The notes: generated from the letters alone by a model not told the origin. Counted from the stretch's first letter, positions 44,109-55,823 are shown. The stretch: DNA of 64,000 nt from Escherichia coli (GCF_011045215.1 NZ_CP049201.1); one strand, 5' to 3'. Program-made: numbers and translations.

Positions 44109-44642
44109 ATGCATCGTATAGACACGAAAACCGCGCAGAAGGATAAGTTCGGCGCGGGTAAGAACGGTTTTACCCGTGGTAACCCCCAGACCGGCACACC
44201 TGCCACCGATCTGGATGATGACTACTTTGACATGTTGCAGGAGGAGCTTTGCAGCGTGGTGGAGGCATCCGGTACCAGCCTGGAGAAGGGGAGGCATGAC
44301 CAGTTGCTTACCGCACTTCGCGCGCTGCTGTTAAGCCGCAAGAATCCGTTTGGCGATATCAAATCGGACGGCACGGTGAAAACGGCTCTCGAAAACCTTG
44401 GTTTGGGAGAAGCGGCAAAACGGGATGTGGGGACAGGGGAAAATCAGATACCGGACATGGCCTCTTTTGCCAGTGGTGATGGATGGATGAAATTACCCAA
44501 CGGGAAAATCCTGCAATATGGTCGTGGTGCGGTTACGCCGACATTATCGACGCAAACAATGAGAATTACATTCAGCATCCCTTTTCCTAAAAAGTGGACT
44601 GCGCCATGCTTACTCATTCTGGTGATGGTGGTGCGCCTTTAG
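44109..44642 (+). CDS. Tail fibre protein, constant N-terminal part
   Basis: Gly-rich N-terminus; ORF ends abruptly at start of putative invertible segment. Confidence 0.55.
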   Translation: MHRIDTKTAQKDKFGAGKNGFTRGNPQTGTPATDLDDDYFDMLQEELCSVVEASGTSLEKGRHDQLLTALRALLLSRKNPFGDIKSDGTVKTALENLGLGEAAKRDVGTGENQIPDMASFASGDGWMKLPNGKILQYGRGAVTPTLSTQTMRITFSIPFPKKWTAPCLLILVMVVRL

Positions 44643-44835
44643 GTGCTGGGCGGGGATTCGTGATGACCGCAGAAGGCCCAACATTAACCTGTTTTTAATT
44701 CCGCTTACAGAACTGCATCAACCAGTTCCACAGTATCGATGAATTACAGTTGGTGGGCTGTTGGTGAGTAATTTTATTCAGGGTGATTTATATGAACGAA
44801 TATGTTTATAGCGCAAGGAATAATGCTTTTTCCCT

Positions 44836-45093
44836 GTGGATATGATTGATAAATATAAATCAGAGGGATGGGATTTATCAGATGCAAAGGAGGTGAATCA
44901 AAATATTATCAGTGAGTTTATGGCTGAACCGCCACAAGGAAAAATCCGTATTGCCGGAGATGATGGGATGCCTGCGTGGGCAGATATTCCTCCACCCACG
45001 CATGAAGAGCTTATTGAAATTACTGAATCAGAAAGACAGCTACTAATTAACCGGGCCAACGAATACATGAACAGTAAATCTGTGGCCCGGTAA
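44836..45093 (+). CDS. Tail fibre assembly protein
   Basis: 85 aa ORF with tail fibre assembly-like sequence. Confidence 0.45.
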   Translation: MDMIDKYKSEGWDLSDAKEVNQNIISEFMAEPPQGKIRIAGDDGMPAWADIPPPTHEELIEITESERQLLINRANEYMNSKSVAR

Positions 45094-45206
45094 AGCCGCT
45101 ATTGGTCGTCTGAAAGATGATGAACTGGCGCAATATAATTTGTGGCTGGATTATCTGGACGCACTGGAGCTGATCGATACTTCCGGTGCGCCAGATATTG
45201 AATGGC

Positions 45207-45449
45207 CTACGCCTCCGGCAGTTCAGGCCAGATGACATCCGGCGCGGTGCTGGTATCTGTTGCCGTCACCGCGTCAATGTAATCCAGCACAGCGTTAAGG
45301 CGGGTTGTTTCTGCCTGCGTCAGATTCCGTCCGGCCTGTAATTTCAGTTGAATCAGACTGATGGAGGCCATTGCAGTATGAATCAGCGACTGGCGCAGTG
45401 CTTCTGCTGCATCTACTGCTGCGCCGTGCTGTGCCTCGGTATCTGTCAC
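45207..45449 (-). CDS. Tail fibre assembly-like protein (alternative orientation)
   Basis: Small ORF on opposite strand within segment. Confidence 0.3.
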   Translation of the reverse strand: MTDTEAQHGAAVDAAEALRQSLIHTAMASISLIQLKLQAGRNLTQAETTRLNAVLDYIDAVTATDTSTAPDVIWPELPEA

Positions 45450-45927
45450 CCATTTCTCACCATTCCATTTATCGTATGGCGTTAACGGGGCGATAGTGGT
45501 TGTATTTTCAGGATAATCACCCGGAGCTGTGATTTTTTCGATTCTCCTGTTTCGGTGCTATAGACGATTTCACCACGATGATCTGGCACATATTCCCATG
45601 AATTTAAATCTACAGAGCGACAGATTGCATAACCAGCTTTATGTGTAATAAGCATCCAAACAAGAACATGCCGGGATACCGACGCCGACAGCGAGATATT
45701 CAGTTGATGTAGAAATATATTCACGCGTTTCACCATCATAATTATAAATGATAATGTCTCCCGCTTTTATGGCAATGAGTTCACTATTTAATACAGCTTT
45801 ATTCATCATGCAGCCCTCACAATATAATTAAAGGCGATGTTACGTGGACGATTTTCATTTGCTGTTGGAACAACATTTGCCGCCGAGAAGTGAACATCTT
45901 GTCGGATTTTTCGGTCATTAGCGTATG

Positions 45928-46341
45928 TCATAGACACATTGATGTTATTCCGGACTGAGGTACCTCCGTAAAAGCCCCACTCACACTTTGAACATCGACA
46001 ATTGCATTAATTTCGCTGTTTACGCGCAACTGACCAAAACCGCCAGTAATGTTTCGAATAGCATCTCCTTGCGATGAAAGCAGAGTTCGCCCACTATCCA
46101 CACCACGTTCATCATCCCATCCACGAATAAATTCACCGCGTAAATCAGGCAATTTATTTGTCGGGTAAGCCTTTGCCAGTTCCGGGTATTCTTCAGCAGA
46201 AAAAGCCGCACCATTGCATTTCAGCCAGCCTGTTGGCGGAGTGGCTGAAGGCCACGGAACAGGCACCCCAACCCCACATGCTGAGCCTTCTCCCAAACCA
46301 ACGTTTATGAAAATGCAGAAATAACGAGCAAATGGCATCAT
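45928..46341 (-). CDS. Alternative tail fibre C-terminal segment
   Basis: Gly-rich ORF on minus strand facing the fibre gene. Confidence 0.35.
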   Translation of the reverse strand: MMPFARYFCIFINVGLGEGSACGVGVPVPWPSATPPTGWLKCNGAAFSAEEYPELAKAYPTNKLPDLRGEFIRGWDDERGVDSGRTLLSSQGDAIRNITGGFGQLRVNSEINAIVDVQSVSGAFTEVPQSGITSMCL

Positions 46342-46367
46342 TCCTGCTTTTGTCAGGGAGATCTACC

Positions 46368-47850
<1,483 letters not shown>

Positions 47851-47930
47851 CTAACCCTTTGAATTTACATAGCGCAAAAAGATACCTTTCCTCATAATGT
47901 GAGCTAATTTTATGTTTCGTTTGATGATCG

Positions 47931-47993
47931 GGTCGGTCTCGAAAACCGGAGTAGGGGCAACTCTACCGGGGTTCAAATCCCCCTCTCTCGCCA
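47931..47993 (+). other. tRNA-Ser-like 3-prime fragment (degenerate)
   Basis: GGTCTCGAAAACCGGAGTAGGGGCAACTCTACCGGGGTTCAAATCCCCCTCTCTCGCCA resembles 3-prime two-thirds of a serine tRNA; 5-prime part missing. Confidence 0.4.
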
Positions 47994-48570
47994 CTTTATC
48001 AATGACTTATCTCCCGACTTCCCGTCTTGCTTTTCCTAAACAGAACAATCGTAGAATATTCTTGAAGGGTTAGATCGTCACTGTTTTCTGTTCGATACTG
48101 TGACATTCAGCACTTGATTCGCTATGGATCTGACAGGAAGGTTTTGAGCGAAAATCTGCAGTTATTCAGTCGTTTTCTTATCGGTCACCATTATTCTTTT
48201 AGACATTGATCCTACAAAGCTGCCGCAAAGTTGGTGGTGGGAACTGAAGTTGCGTAGAGAAGGGGTCAATACCCGGAGGCAAACATGGGCTGGCAAAAGT
48301 GTAGCGGTATTAGGCGCAGCTATTTAGCCTAGTTATGTTTTATGAAAACTTGATATCATATAAGTGTCTTACTTATTGGCTGTAAATAAGTTTTTCTAAG
48401 GAATTGTTTCTTGAGTATCATTTGTAACTGTAACGGAATTTATAATCCTTTGCTTTATTGTTACGGTATTTTTATCACACCCTATTTTTAGTGGTTTTTA
48501 TACTGAAGTTTGGCAAAGTGAACTTTATATACATATACTTCATCCTGTTTCAGTTAAATTGGGTGGATGA

Positions 48571-49315
48571 TATGGCAACTACATGTTCAGTTATATTGAT
48601 TTTGGAGTCCTTTGATGTTTATTTCGGAAAAGAGAGTGTGTTTCTGGAGAGAGGTTCATCTGTACTTGTCGACTCTAGCTCTAGAGATTTTTTCCTGACA
48701 TATCCTGAAAGAGTGATAGTGGCGGATTTTGGCGCTGAGTTTATTAGTCGCTATTTGAAAGCTAATAACTTAAGGGATATTTCTGATTGTAGGGAATATC
48801 CATCTTATTTAAAAATAAACTTTGCTGACTTCAGTTTAATTAAAGGATTAATTAGTTGGGCTAATCACTGTGCTGAATACATAGAAATTTTTGATGAGTC
48901 TATTGCTTTTACATGTCTCTCTGCATTTTCTTCTGAAAAACAATTTGGAGTATTTCTGTTTGGATGTTTGAAAAGCACAGGGGCTAAAGTTAAAACGATT
49001 ATTCATACGGATTTATCTGCACCATGGCGTCTTAAGGATATATCATCAAGATTATATCTCAGCGAAAGTTTACTAAAGAGGAAATTGAAAGAAGAGGGGG
49101 TATCATTCAGTAAGATCATACTTGATGAGAGGATGCAAATGGCTGAATATTTACTCAGCACTCGTTGTTATCCTATTAGTAAAGTAGCTAAGGTCTGTGG
49201 TTATGCCAGTGTCTCATACTTTACTTATGTATTTAGACGTTATTTTGGTGTTTCTCCAAGTCAATACTCTCAGAGGAGTTCAGAAAGTAAAATTCTTACT
49301 CACCAGGGAATCTGA
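48571..49315 (+). CDS. AraC/XylS-family transcriptional regulator (Rns/AggR/AppY-like)
   Basis: C-terminal dual-HTH pattern WRLKDISSRLYLSESLLKRKLK...ILDERM...YFGVSP; AT-rich; start uncertain. Confidence 0.65.
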
Positions 49316-49356
49316 TCATTGTTCTTGCCCCCTTATTTCCAGACAGGGGGTGTATC

Positions 49357-49722
49357 TTAAGTTAACGTTACCCGCTGACGTCGATATTCTCGCGGAGAGC
49401 GATAACCCAACGCACTGTGCGGATGGTTTTCATTGTAATGTTCGATCGCCACTGCAAGATTATGCAATGCCGTTCTTACATTCGGTTTCGGCATGAACGC
49501 GATGTAGTCTTCCTTCATCGTTTTCACGAACCTTTCTGCAATTCCATTACTCTGAGGACTGCTGATTGCCGTTGTGCAGGGCTCCAGATTCAACTCTCTG
49601 GCGAACTGCCGTGTTTCATGCGCTCTATACGCTGAACCGTTATCTGTCAGCCACTGGATGGACTGTTCCGGTACTTTATCGCCAAAGCGTTTTTCTATCG
49701 CTCCTAACATGACATCCTGCAC
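49357..49722 (-). pseudogene. IS3-family transposase, C-terminal fragment (IS2-like)
   Basis: rve integrase-core motif WLTDNGS...[16 protein letters not shown]; only the last ~120 aa present. Confidence 0.6.
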
Positions 49723-50069
49723 TGTCGCTTTATCGTAACCTCCCGTGCTTGCGGCCCAGTCTATGGCTTCACGATCGCAACAGTCCAGGGCGATTCATCT
49801 GGGCCAATCCTCGCTCATAACAGGCATTCACTTCAGTCATGGCAGAAAGGTATGCATGCTGGAGAAGTCGTGAAAGAAAAGAAGACTGCTGCGCCGTTTG
49901 TCGTCACGTTTATCTTCATTGGCTATGCAAGTCGTAATACAAGGTGGGACAAAACTGAGACACATAAGGCCTCGCAATGGCTTGCAAGGCTTTACATGTT
50001 TTGATGTGGTGGGACGTGTGAGCGCAGTGTTGATGGGGTAATGCTTTGAATTAGAAGCGGATTCTTATA

Positions 50070-50118
50070 ATTCGTAATGCGAAGGTCGTAGGTTCGACTC
50101 CTATTATCGGCACCATTT
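50070..50118. repeat. attR of prophage / attL of downstream element: second copy of 49-bp tRNA-Thr 3-prime segment
   Basis: Exact repeat of 10074-10122. Confidence 0.75.
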
Positions 50119-50280
50119 CAACGTCTTTTCCCGTCTATTAAAATCCAAAAAACCCGCATATACTCTAGCTTTGAGCGCCCCCGATAGTGTTTTAACGTCT
50201 ATCAATATCTCCTAAAATCCACGTCTTTTGGGGGTATATTCGGGGGTATATGCTGTGTGGGCTACTGGAGATACCCCCAA

Positions 50281-51471
50281 ATGAAACTAAATGCCCGTCA
50301 GGTCGATACGGCCAAACCGAAAGAAAAACCCTATAAACTGGCCGATGGTGGTGGGCTTTATCTGCTTGTTAATCCCAATGGTTCCCGGTACTGGCGTTTA
50401 AAGTACCGGGTAGCCGGAAAAGAAAAGCTGTTGGCGCTGGGGGTATATCCCGATGTAACCCTGGCTGATGCCAGGGCGAAACGAGATGAGGCCAAAAGGG
50501 GTATGGCTGGGGGGATCGACCCGAACGAAGCGAAGCGGGAAGAAAAATTGAACCGCGAAGCGCAAATCAAAAACACCTTCGAAGAAATCGCCAGAGAGTG
50601 GCATACAGAACGGCAGAAGAAATGGTCTGAGGGGTACGCCTCGGACATTCTGGAAGCATTCAGTAAAGACATATTCCCTTGGATTGGAAAACGCCCCATC
50701 ACGGAAATAAAGCCCCTTGATTTGCTGAATACGCTTAAACGCATCGAGAATAGGGGAGCGACTGAAAAGGCCCGTAAGGTTCGCCAGTGGTGCGGGGAGG
50801 TCTGGAAGTATGCGATCGTTACCGCCCGCGCAGAATATAACCCCGCCCCTGATCTATCTGTGGCTATGGAAGGACACGAAGGGGAGCACTTCCCCCATCT
50901 GGAAGCCGAAGAGTTACCCGAATTTTTCCAGACGCTGGCGACGGCAAAAAGTAACGTTCAGGTTATTTTGGGGCTGCGTCTGCTTATTCTTGTGGGGTTA
51001 CGTCCGGTTGAATTACGCGCGGCCCCGTGGTCAGAGATTGATTTTGATAATGCCTTGTGGGAGATCCCCAAAGAGCGAATGAAGAAAAGACGTCCGCACG
51101 TTGTCCCGCTTTCTCGCCAGGCTATGGTTATTCTCGGGCAATTAAAAGAGTTGTCGGGCCGCAATCCTTTCATTTTTCCGGGCCGGAACGACCCGCGAAA
51201 GCCAATGAGTGAAGGAGCAATTAATCAGCTAATAAAGCGACTCGGGTATAAGGGCAAAGCTTGCGGGCATGGTTTCCGACATACCATGAGCACAATTTTG
51301 TATGAGAAAGGGTATAACACCGAATGGATCGAAACCCAGCTTGCACATGTTGATAAAAATACCATCCGTGGCACATATAATCATGCCCGCTATCTGGATG
51401 GACGCCGGGAAATGCTTCAATGGTATGCCGACTATATGGAATCGCTGGCGAGTGGCAGGGTAAAAGATTAG
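50281..51471 (+). CDS. P4-type integrase (tyrosine recombinase)
   Basis: N-terminal MKLNARQVDTAKPKEKPYKLADGGGLYL typical of P4-family integrases; catalytic HGFRHT... Confidence 0.85.
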   Translation: MKLNARQVDTAKPKEKPYKLADGGGLYLLVNPNGSRYWRLKYRVAGKEKLLALGVYPDVTLADARAKRDEAKRGMAGGIDPNEAKREEKLNREAQIKNTFEEIAREWHTERQKKWSEGYASDILEAFSKDIFPWIGKRPITEIKPLDLLNTLKRIENRGATEKARKVRQWCGEVWKYAIVTARAEYNPAPDLSVAMEGHEGEHFPHLEAEELPEFFQTLATAKSNVQVILGLRLLILVGLRPVELRAAPWSEIDFDNALWEIPKERMKKRRPHVVPLSRQAMVILGQLKELSGRNPFIFPGRNDPRKPMSEGAINQLIKRLGYKGKACGHGFRHTMSTILYEKGYNTEWIETQLAHVDKNTIRGTYNHARYLDGRREMLQWYADYMESLASGRVKD

Positions 51472-52020
51472 AGAAGGTCTAAGACGGGAATACCGCTAAA
51501 TTAGATGTTAGGCGTGGACACTCAGCATCCACGCTTAAACTTTTTATTATCATTTTCAATGAATTATGATTTTGGAAATTTTATAAAAAACACCAAGATT
51601 ACTAATCTATTGATTAATATGAAATATTTCTTTTTTTGATTATTAATTGTGCTCTTGATTGTTGTTTTTATGGTGTTAATTTATAAAAATCTTATTTATA
51701 GGAATTAACATTATATAGTTGGCACTTTTTGCTAAAATCTGTTTTTATTGTGTTTTATTTTTATTTCATTTTTGTTGTTGTTTGTTTGATTTTTAGTGTC
51801 TTTATATCTGGCTAATTGATTTCACTCAAACCATAAATCCTTTCAGAGGCTTCTAGAGTCTTCCTGAGGCTTAAATTGACTTAACTAAAAGTCAAGCCCC
51901 ACATCCCACATACATCTTTTTGACATGCACTTATGGCGTGAATAACAATGACTTCATCCAATCTACAGGCATCCTATAAAGTCAATGTCTGTATATAGAA
52001 AGATATTACATAACGTTTGA

Positions 52021-52260
52021 ATGTTAATAGCGGGTGTGAATATGAGAAATGATGCAATGCAGCTTTTAAACCAGGGAAAAAGATTGATCCGCCTGCCTGA
52101 AGTTATGATGCTTACGGGGCGGTGTCGCGCCAGTATTTATAAAGATATCAATGCAAATGTCTTTCCAAAGCCGATTAAAACCGGCCCGCGTTCTGTCGCA
52201 TGGGTTGAGGGTGAGATCAGCGACTGGATCGACAACAAAATCAAAGAGCGCAAAGTGTAA
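52021..52260 (+). CDS. AlpA-family transcriptional regulator
   Basis: RLIRLPEVMMLTGRCRASIYKDI...FPKPIK.GPRSVAWVEGEISDWI; start may be 52057. Confidence 0.7.
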   Translation: MLIAGVNMRNDAMQLLNQGKRLIRLPEVMMLTGRCRASIYKDINANVFPKPIKTGPRSVAWVEGEISDWIDNKIKERKV

Positions 52261-52459
52261 ATCTGATTTTATTCAGAGATGAATATGATTTATTTGAATG
52301 CTAAGGATTTTGTGTATTCTTTTTGTTGTAAATACTCGTAGCATGGGGAGTTGGCAGTATTTATTCAGTATTAGGTTAAGTAGTGATAAAATACCAGGTA
52401 ATGCCGGTTTATGCAGTGTTTAATATATTTGTTGCTGGCGAAAATTTACGGAAAATTAA

Positions 52460-53332
52460 ATGAACATTACTGATATTATCAGCCATCGCGTATATCGTGA
52501 TGCGGATCTTGCTGTCATTAATAACACGGCATTTATTCAGCCTTATGACGGTTGTCACCGTGGGTTGTATGAAATGCGCGTTATTGAACTTTATCGCCTG
52601 AATAAAATGATGCACCTTACCCACGAATATAAATCTATTTCCGGGGAAAGCGTAGGCATTCCGGCGACTAAAGAGGAACTGTTTACACTGGTTAATAAAG
52701 GGCATGAACTTTGCCAGTCTGAACGGGAAAAGCTGGCGGCACTTGAAGCAGAATTGCAGCGTCTGCCAAGCCCGGCTGTAATTCCTGCGCCGCAGACGAT
52801 TAAAGAAGCACAGCAGGCCCGTAAATCACTAGAAGATGAAAGATACAGACTGCATCACGCAGCAATTAAAAATCAAGTCAAAGCACAGCAGGAAGAGTTA
52901 TCCATCAGACAAAACATTCTGGAATTGCTCGCGCCGGTTATTGATGTGTTGTTGGCCGTGGAAGATGTGGAACTGCTCGATCTGCGCCGTTCCCTGCCTA
53001 AGTCATCCCTCGATGCTAAGGCATTCAAAAAGGCGATTTCTGAAATTGAGTGTGCTGACCTTGCCTGGCAGAAAATGGATAAACTGGAGATTGCCCTTAA
53101 CAAGGTGGTGAACAACTGCACATATCGCCCGGAAGGAAGCATTAATCCCCGTTTTGTTAACCCTCTTAATGAAGATAAGCGGGAACGCGCCGAAATATCA
53201 CGCGATTATTACAGCTCTGAAATGGCCTTTATTCATACGGTGATGAGTGCAGATGAATATTTAAATTATATGTTGCCGATCCGTCACCAGCAGCGCGCGC
53301 AACGACTCACATTAGAAAGAAATATCAACTAA
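52460..53332 (+). CDS. Coiled-coil protein (possible scaffold or capsid-size factor)
   Basis: 290 aa with long predicted helical/coiled-coil central region; immediately upstream of capsid-like gene. Confidence 0.4.
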   Translation: MNITDIISHRVYRDADLAVINNTAFIQPYDGCHRGLYEMRVIELYRLNKMMHLTHEYKSISGESVGIPATKEELFTLVNKGHELCQSEREKLAALEAELQRLPSPAVIPAPQTIKEAQQARKSLEDERYRLHHAAIKNQVKAQQEELSIRQNILELLAPVIDVLLAVEDVELLDLRRSLPKSSLDAKAFKKAISEIECADLAWQKMDKLEIALNKVVNNCTYRPEGSINPRFVNPLNEDKRERAEISRDYYSSEMAFIHTVMSADEYLNYMLPIRHQQRAQRLTLERNIN

Positions 53333-53341
53333 GGAAGAATT

Positions 53342-54349
53342 ATGTCTTATGTAACACCAGATTATTTAACGCAGTATCACGAAAACCTGATTAAGTCTTT
53401 TAATATTAAATATAAAAACGAAGATACGGGGTATTTCACCATATCACAGCCGGAAAAAGCATCTCCGGATGCATGGGGATGTTCCACGCTTGATGTTAAA
53501 GGCTCGTCCTGGCTGATTGATAATATTTCATTACTGGACATTATCGGTGCGGATGGCACGACGATCACCATCGGTGATGGTTCCCTTTATACAGGCCGTG
53601 CAAAGGAAGGTCGCTTTCATAAGAAACTAAAAACCAACGGAACACCTTTTTTATTATCAGAAACGGATTCCTGCGCCTCATTGACTTATGAAGAAATGGC
53701 GGTAATGGCAAACGCGAAAAATTTCAGTAATGAAATGATCATTTTTTTCAAGAAGGCCGTGGTGCGGGATATGCTCCGTATTGGATTTAACGGCAAGATG
53801 ATTGCCGAAAATACCAACCCGGAACAATATAAAAACGGCGAAGATATCAATATTGGCTGGCACTCGCTGGCAAAAACATTCAATAACGGTTCACAAATTA
53901 TTTCTGATGCTTTCGCACTGGGGAAAGGCGGTGATTTTGCCGATGTTCACGATCTGGCTGATTGCCTCATCACGTCAAAAATCCCCGAAGGTCAGCGCGA
54001 AGATCCGGGCCTTGTGGTGATGGTTGGCGCGCAACTTGCCGCCCGCGAACGACTGAAACTGTTCAACATGGCCGATCAACCACTGACGCTGACGGCGGGG
54101 GATATGCTGACAAGCAGTGTCGCCGGTCGCTTTGCTTTTATCCCGCCGTTTATGCCGGGTAAGCGCCTGGCTGTTACGACGCTGAAAAATTTGCAGATCC
54201 TGACGCTGAAACACAGCCAACGCTACCGCGCGGAGGATATCCCGCAACGAGGTGTTTATGAGCATGGCTATTTACGTGAGGAAGGTTACGCGCTGGGGGA
54301 TGGCTATCTTTACGCGGCCAGCGATGAGAACGCCGTAACGCTGGTTTAA
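53342..54349 (+). CDS. P2 gpN-family major capsid-like protein
   Basis: Motifs GFNG, GKGGDFA and EDPGLVVMVGAQLAA resemble recalled P2 gpN; needs search confirmation. Confidence 0.5.
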   Translation: MSYVTPDYLTQYHENLIKSFNIKYKNEDTGYFTISQPEKASPDAWGCSTLDVKGSSWLIDNISLLDIIGADGTTITIGDGSLYTGRAKEGRFHKKLKTNGTPFLLSETDSCASLTYEEMAVMANAKNFSNEMIIFFKKAVVRDMLRIGFNGKMIAENTNPEQYKNGEDINIGWHSLAKTFNNGSQIISDAFALGKGGDFADVHDLADCLITSKIPEGQREDPGLVVMVGAQLAARERLKLFNMADQPLTLTAGDMLTSSVAGRFAFIPPFMPGKRLAVTTLKNLQILTLKHSQRYRAEDIPQRGVYEHGYLREEGYALGDGYLYAASDENAVTLV

Positions 54350-54561
54350 GTATCGAGTACAGCCAGCTTTGACAGTGATGGCCAGATAAAAGAAAACCCT
54401 CTCACCGGAACGAACAAGAAACGATAAGAGGGTTTATCAGGAAGATGATTCTACGTGATGAATTATACCGAGAAACAACCGATGCTTACCAGCAAAAACG
54501 CGTCACTGTTTGTGCAGCTGGCACCGTCCGATCTGACGGTGTTTTCCGGAATGGTAAGGAG

Positions 54562-54753
54562 CTATTCCTTTGCCTTTTTGCGCTGTTCTGCTTTCAGCTT
54601 GCGCCCGCAGGCATCCAGCACCCAAGCGGAAAAACTTGAACCCGGATTATCGACTTTTTCGCGTTCTACGCAGGCATCAATTTCTGCGATCATTTCATGC
54701 GGGAAGCGTATTCCCTTGTATGTTGTTTTGCTGTTTATGTGGTTTTTAGTCAT
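54562..54753 (-). CDS. Putative ribbon-helix-helix repressor
   Basis: 64 aa; start placed at MTKNH; divergent from operator array. Confidence 0.45.
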   Translation of the reverse strand: MTKNHINSKTTYKGIRFPHEMIAEIDACVEREKVDNPGSSFSAWVLDACGRKLKAEQRKKAKE

Positions 54754-54769
54754 GCTGGAAACTCTTAAG

Positions 54770-54870
54770 TGTTTAAACATCAGTAAAGATACAGTAAAGC
54801 CGGACATAACAAAACTGTTTAAACAAAATCTGTTGACTTGTTTAAACACTCAGCATAATGTGTTTAAACA
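54770..54870. promoter_or_regulatory. Operator array: four copies of palindrome TGTTTAAACA overlapping a rightward promoter
   Basis: Copies at 54770, 54816, 54839, 54861; TTGACT at 54834. Confidence 0.55.
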
Positions 54871-54960
54871 GTTTGCTACGTTGCAAACTGAAAAAACGAA
54901 GCCCGGCAGTGTTGACGCACTAACCGGGCCTCTGACCAACACGTTATTAGGAGTAACGCT

Positions 54961-55164
54961 ATGGCTAGCCATCAGTGTAACCAAACTCGCCCTAAAAATC
55001 GCCTATTTCTCTTTCTCGCGGTATCACGGGCCGACATGCAGGACAAACCACACCGCGAACAAATCACCGCGTACAGCGAACAGGAAGCCCGTTCCATGCT
55101 GGCCGGTCGCTTTATCCTCTGCTTTGCTGGCCGTCTGCCGGTTCAGGAGGTGCACCATGTTTAA
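54961..55164 (+). CDS. Hypothetical small protein
   Basis: 67 aa ORF with AGGAG RBS. Confidence 0.4.
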   Translation: MASHQCNQTRPKNRLFLFLAVSRADMQDKPHREQITAYSEQEARSMLAGRFILCFAGRLPVQEVHHV

Positions 55165-55405
55165 CCCACTGGACAACCGCAAAGCGGCGGCGCTTAACCC
55201 GTTCCACGATGACTGTTACGATCCGCCAGCCTTTATTAAACCGGGTTCAAAAGTAGTGGTTGAAATTGATTCCCGGGAAATGGAGGTCGCTATTCTAGCC
55301 GCTTATGACTACGGACTGGACGCGCTGAACGACGATGGCCGGGAAGAGCTTAACCGCTTAATTGCTGACCTGAAAGACAAGATAACGGAGGCGCGGTATG
55401 CATAA
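55157..55405 (+). CDS. Hypothetical small protein
   Basis: 82 aa with CAGGAGG RBS; C-terminal part of a longer ORF-track entry. Confidence 0.4.
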   Translation: MFNPLDNRKAAALNPFHDDCYDPPAFIKPGSKVVVEIDSREMEVAILAAYDYGLDALNDDGREELNRLIADLKDKITEARYA

Positions 55406-55823
55406 TCTGCTTAATTCACCGTTGCCAGTGTCTATGGATCTCTTTCAGGCTGGCGAGATGTGCGGGCATTTTGTCGCGCGGTTAACGGATGAAAGTTGTG
55501 TTGACGAGACTGAACGCGTCGCACTTTGCGGACGTCTGGCTTTTGCCCTGCGTTCTCTTTCATCTCTTTGTGATACAGACTATCCATCGCATATCCAGGC
55601 GCAATTAACCGCGACTGCTATTCCTGCTCCCTGCGTACCTGATGAGTGGATCGACGCGACGATCATGACGGGCTATTGCACCGCCTTAAATGATGCGCTG
55701 CTTAGTCGCTCCCTTCGTATGGACGTTGAAACACAATTACGCTGGCTTTTGCATGACATGATTAATTTACTTGTCAGATATCTGAAACAGCCTTGTATTA
55801 AGGCGGGAGTAGATCATGTCTGA
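55398..55823 (+). CDS. Hypothetical protein
   Basis: 141 aa ORF in operon string. Confidence 0.4.
   Translation: MHNLLNSPLPVSMDLFQAGEMCGHFVARLTDESCVDETERVALCGRLAFALRSLSSLCDTDYPSHIQAQLTATAIPAPCVPDEWIDATIMTGYCTALNDALLSRSLRMDVETQLRWLLHDMINLLVRYLKQPCIKAGVDHV

Larger units (their letters stand above)
44650..46330. other. Putative invertible tail-fibre segment
   Basis: Tail-fibre C-terminal and assembly ORFs on both strands between fibre gene and invertase gene. Confidence 0.4.

Noticed and set aside
54455-55405. 316-aa ORF spanning the operator array and two downstream small genes
   Set aside because: It runs through the palindromic operator/promoter region and lacks a credible start; only its C-terminal 82 codons (55157-55405), which have a strong RBS, are treated as a gene.
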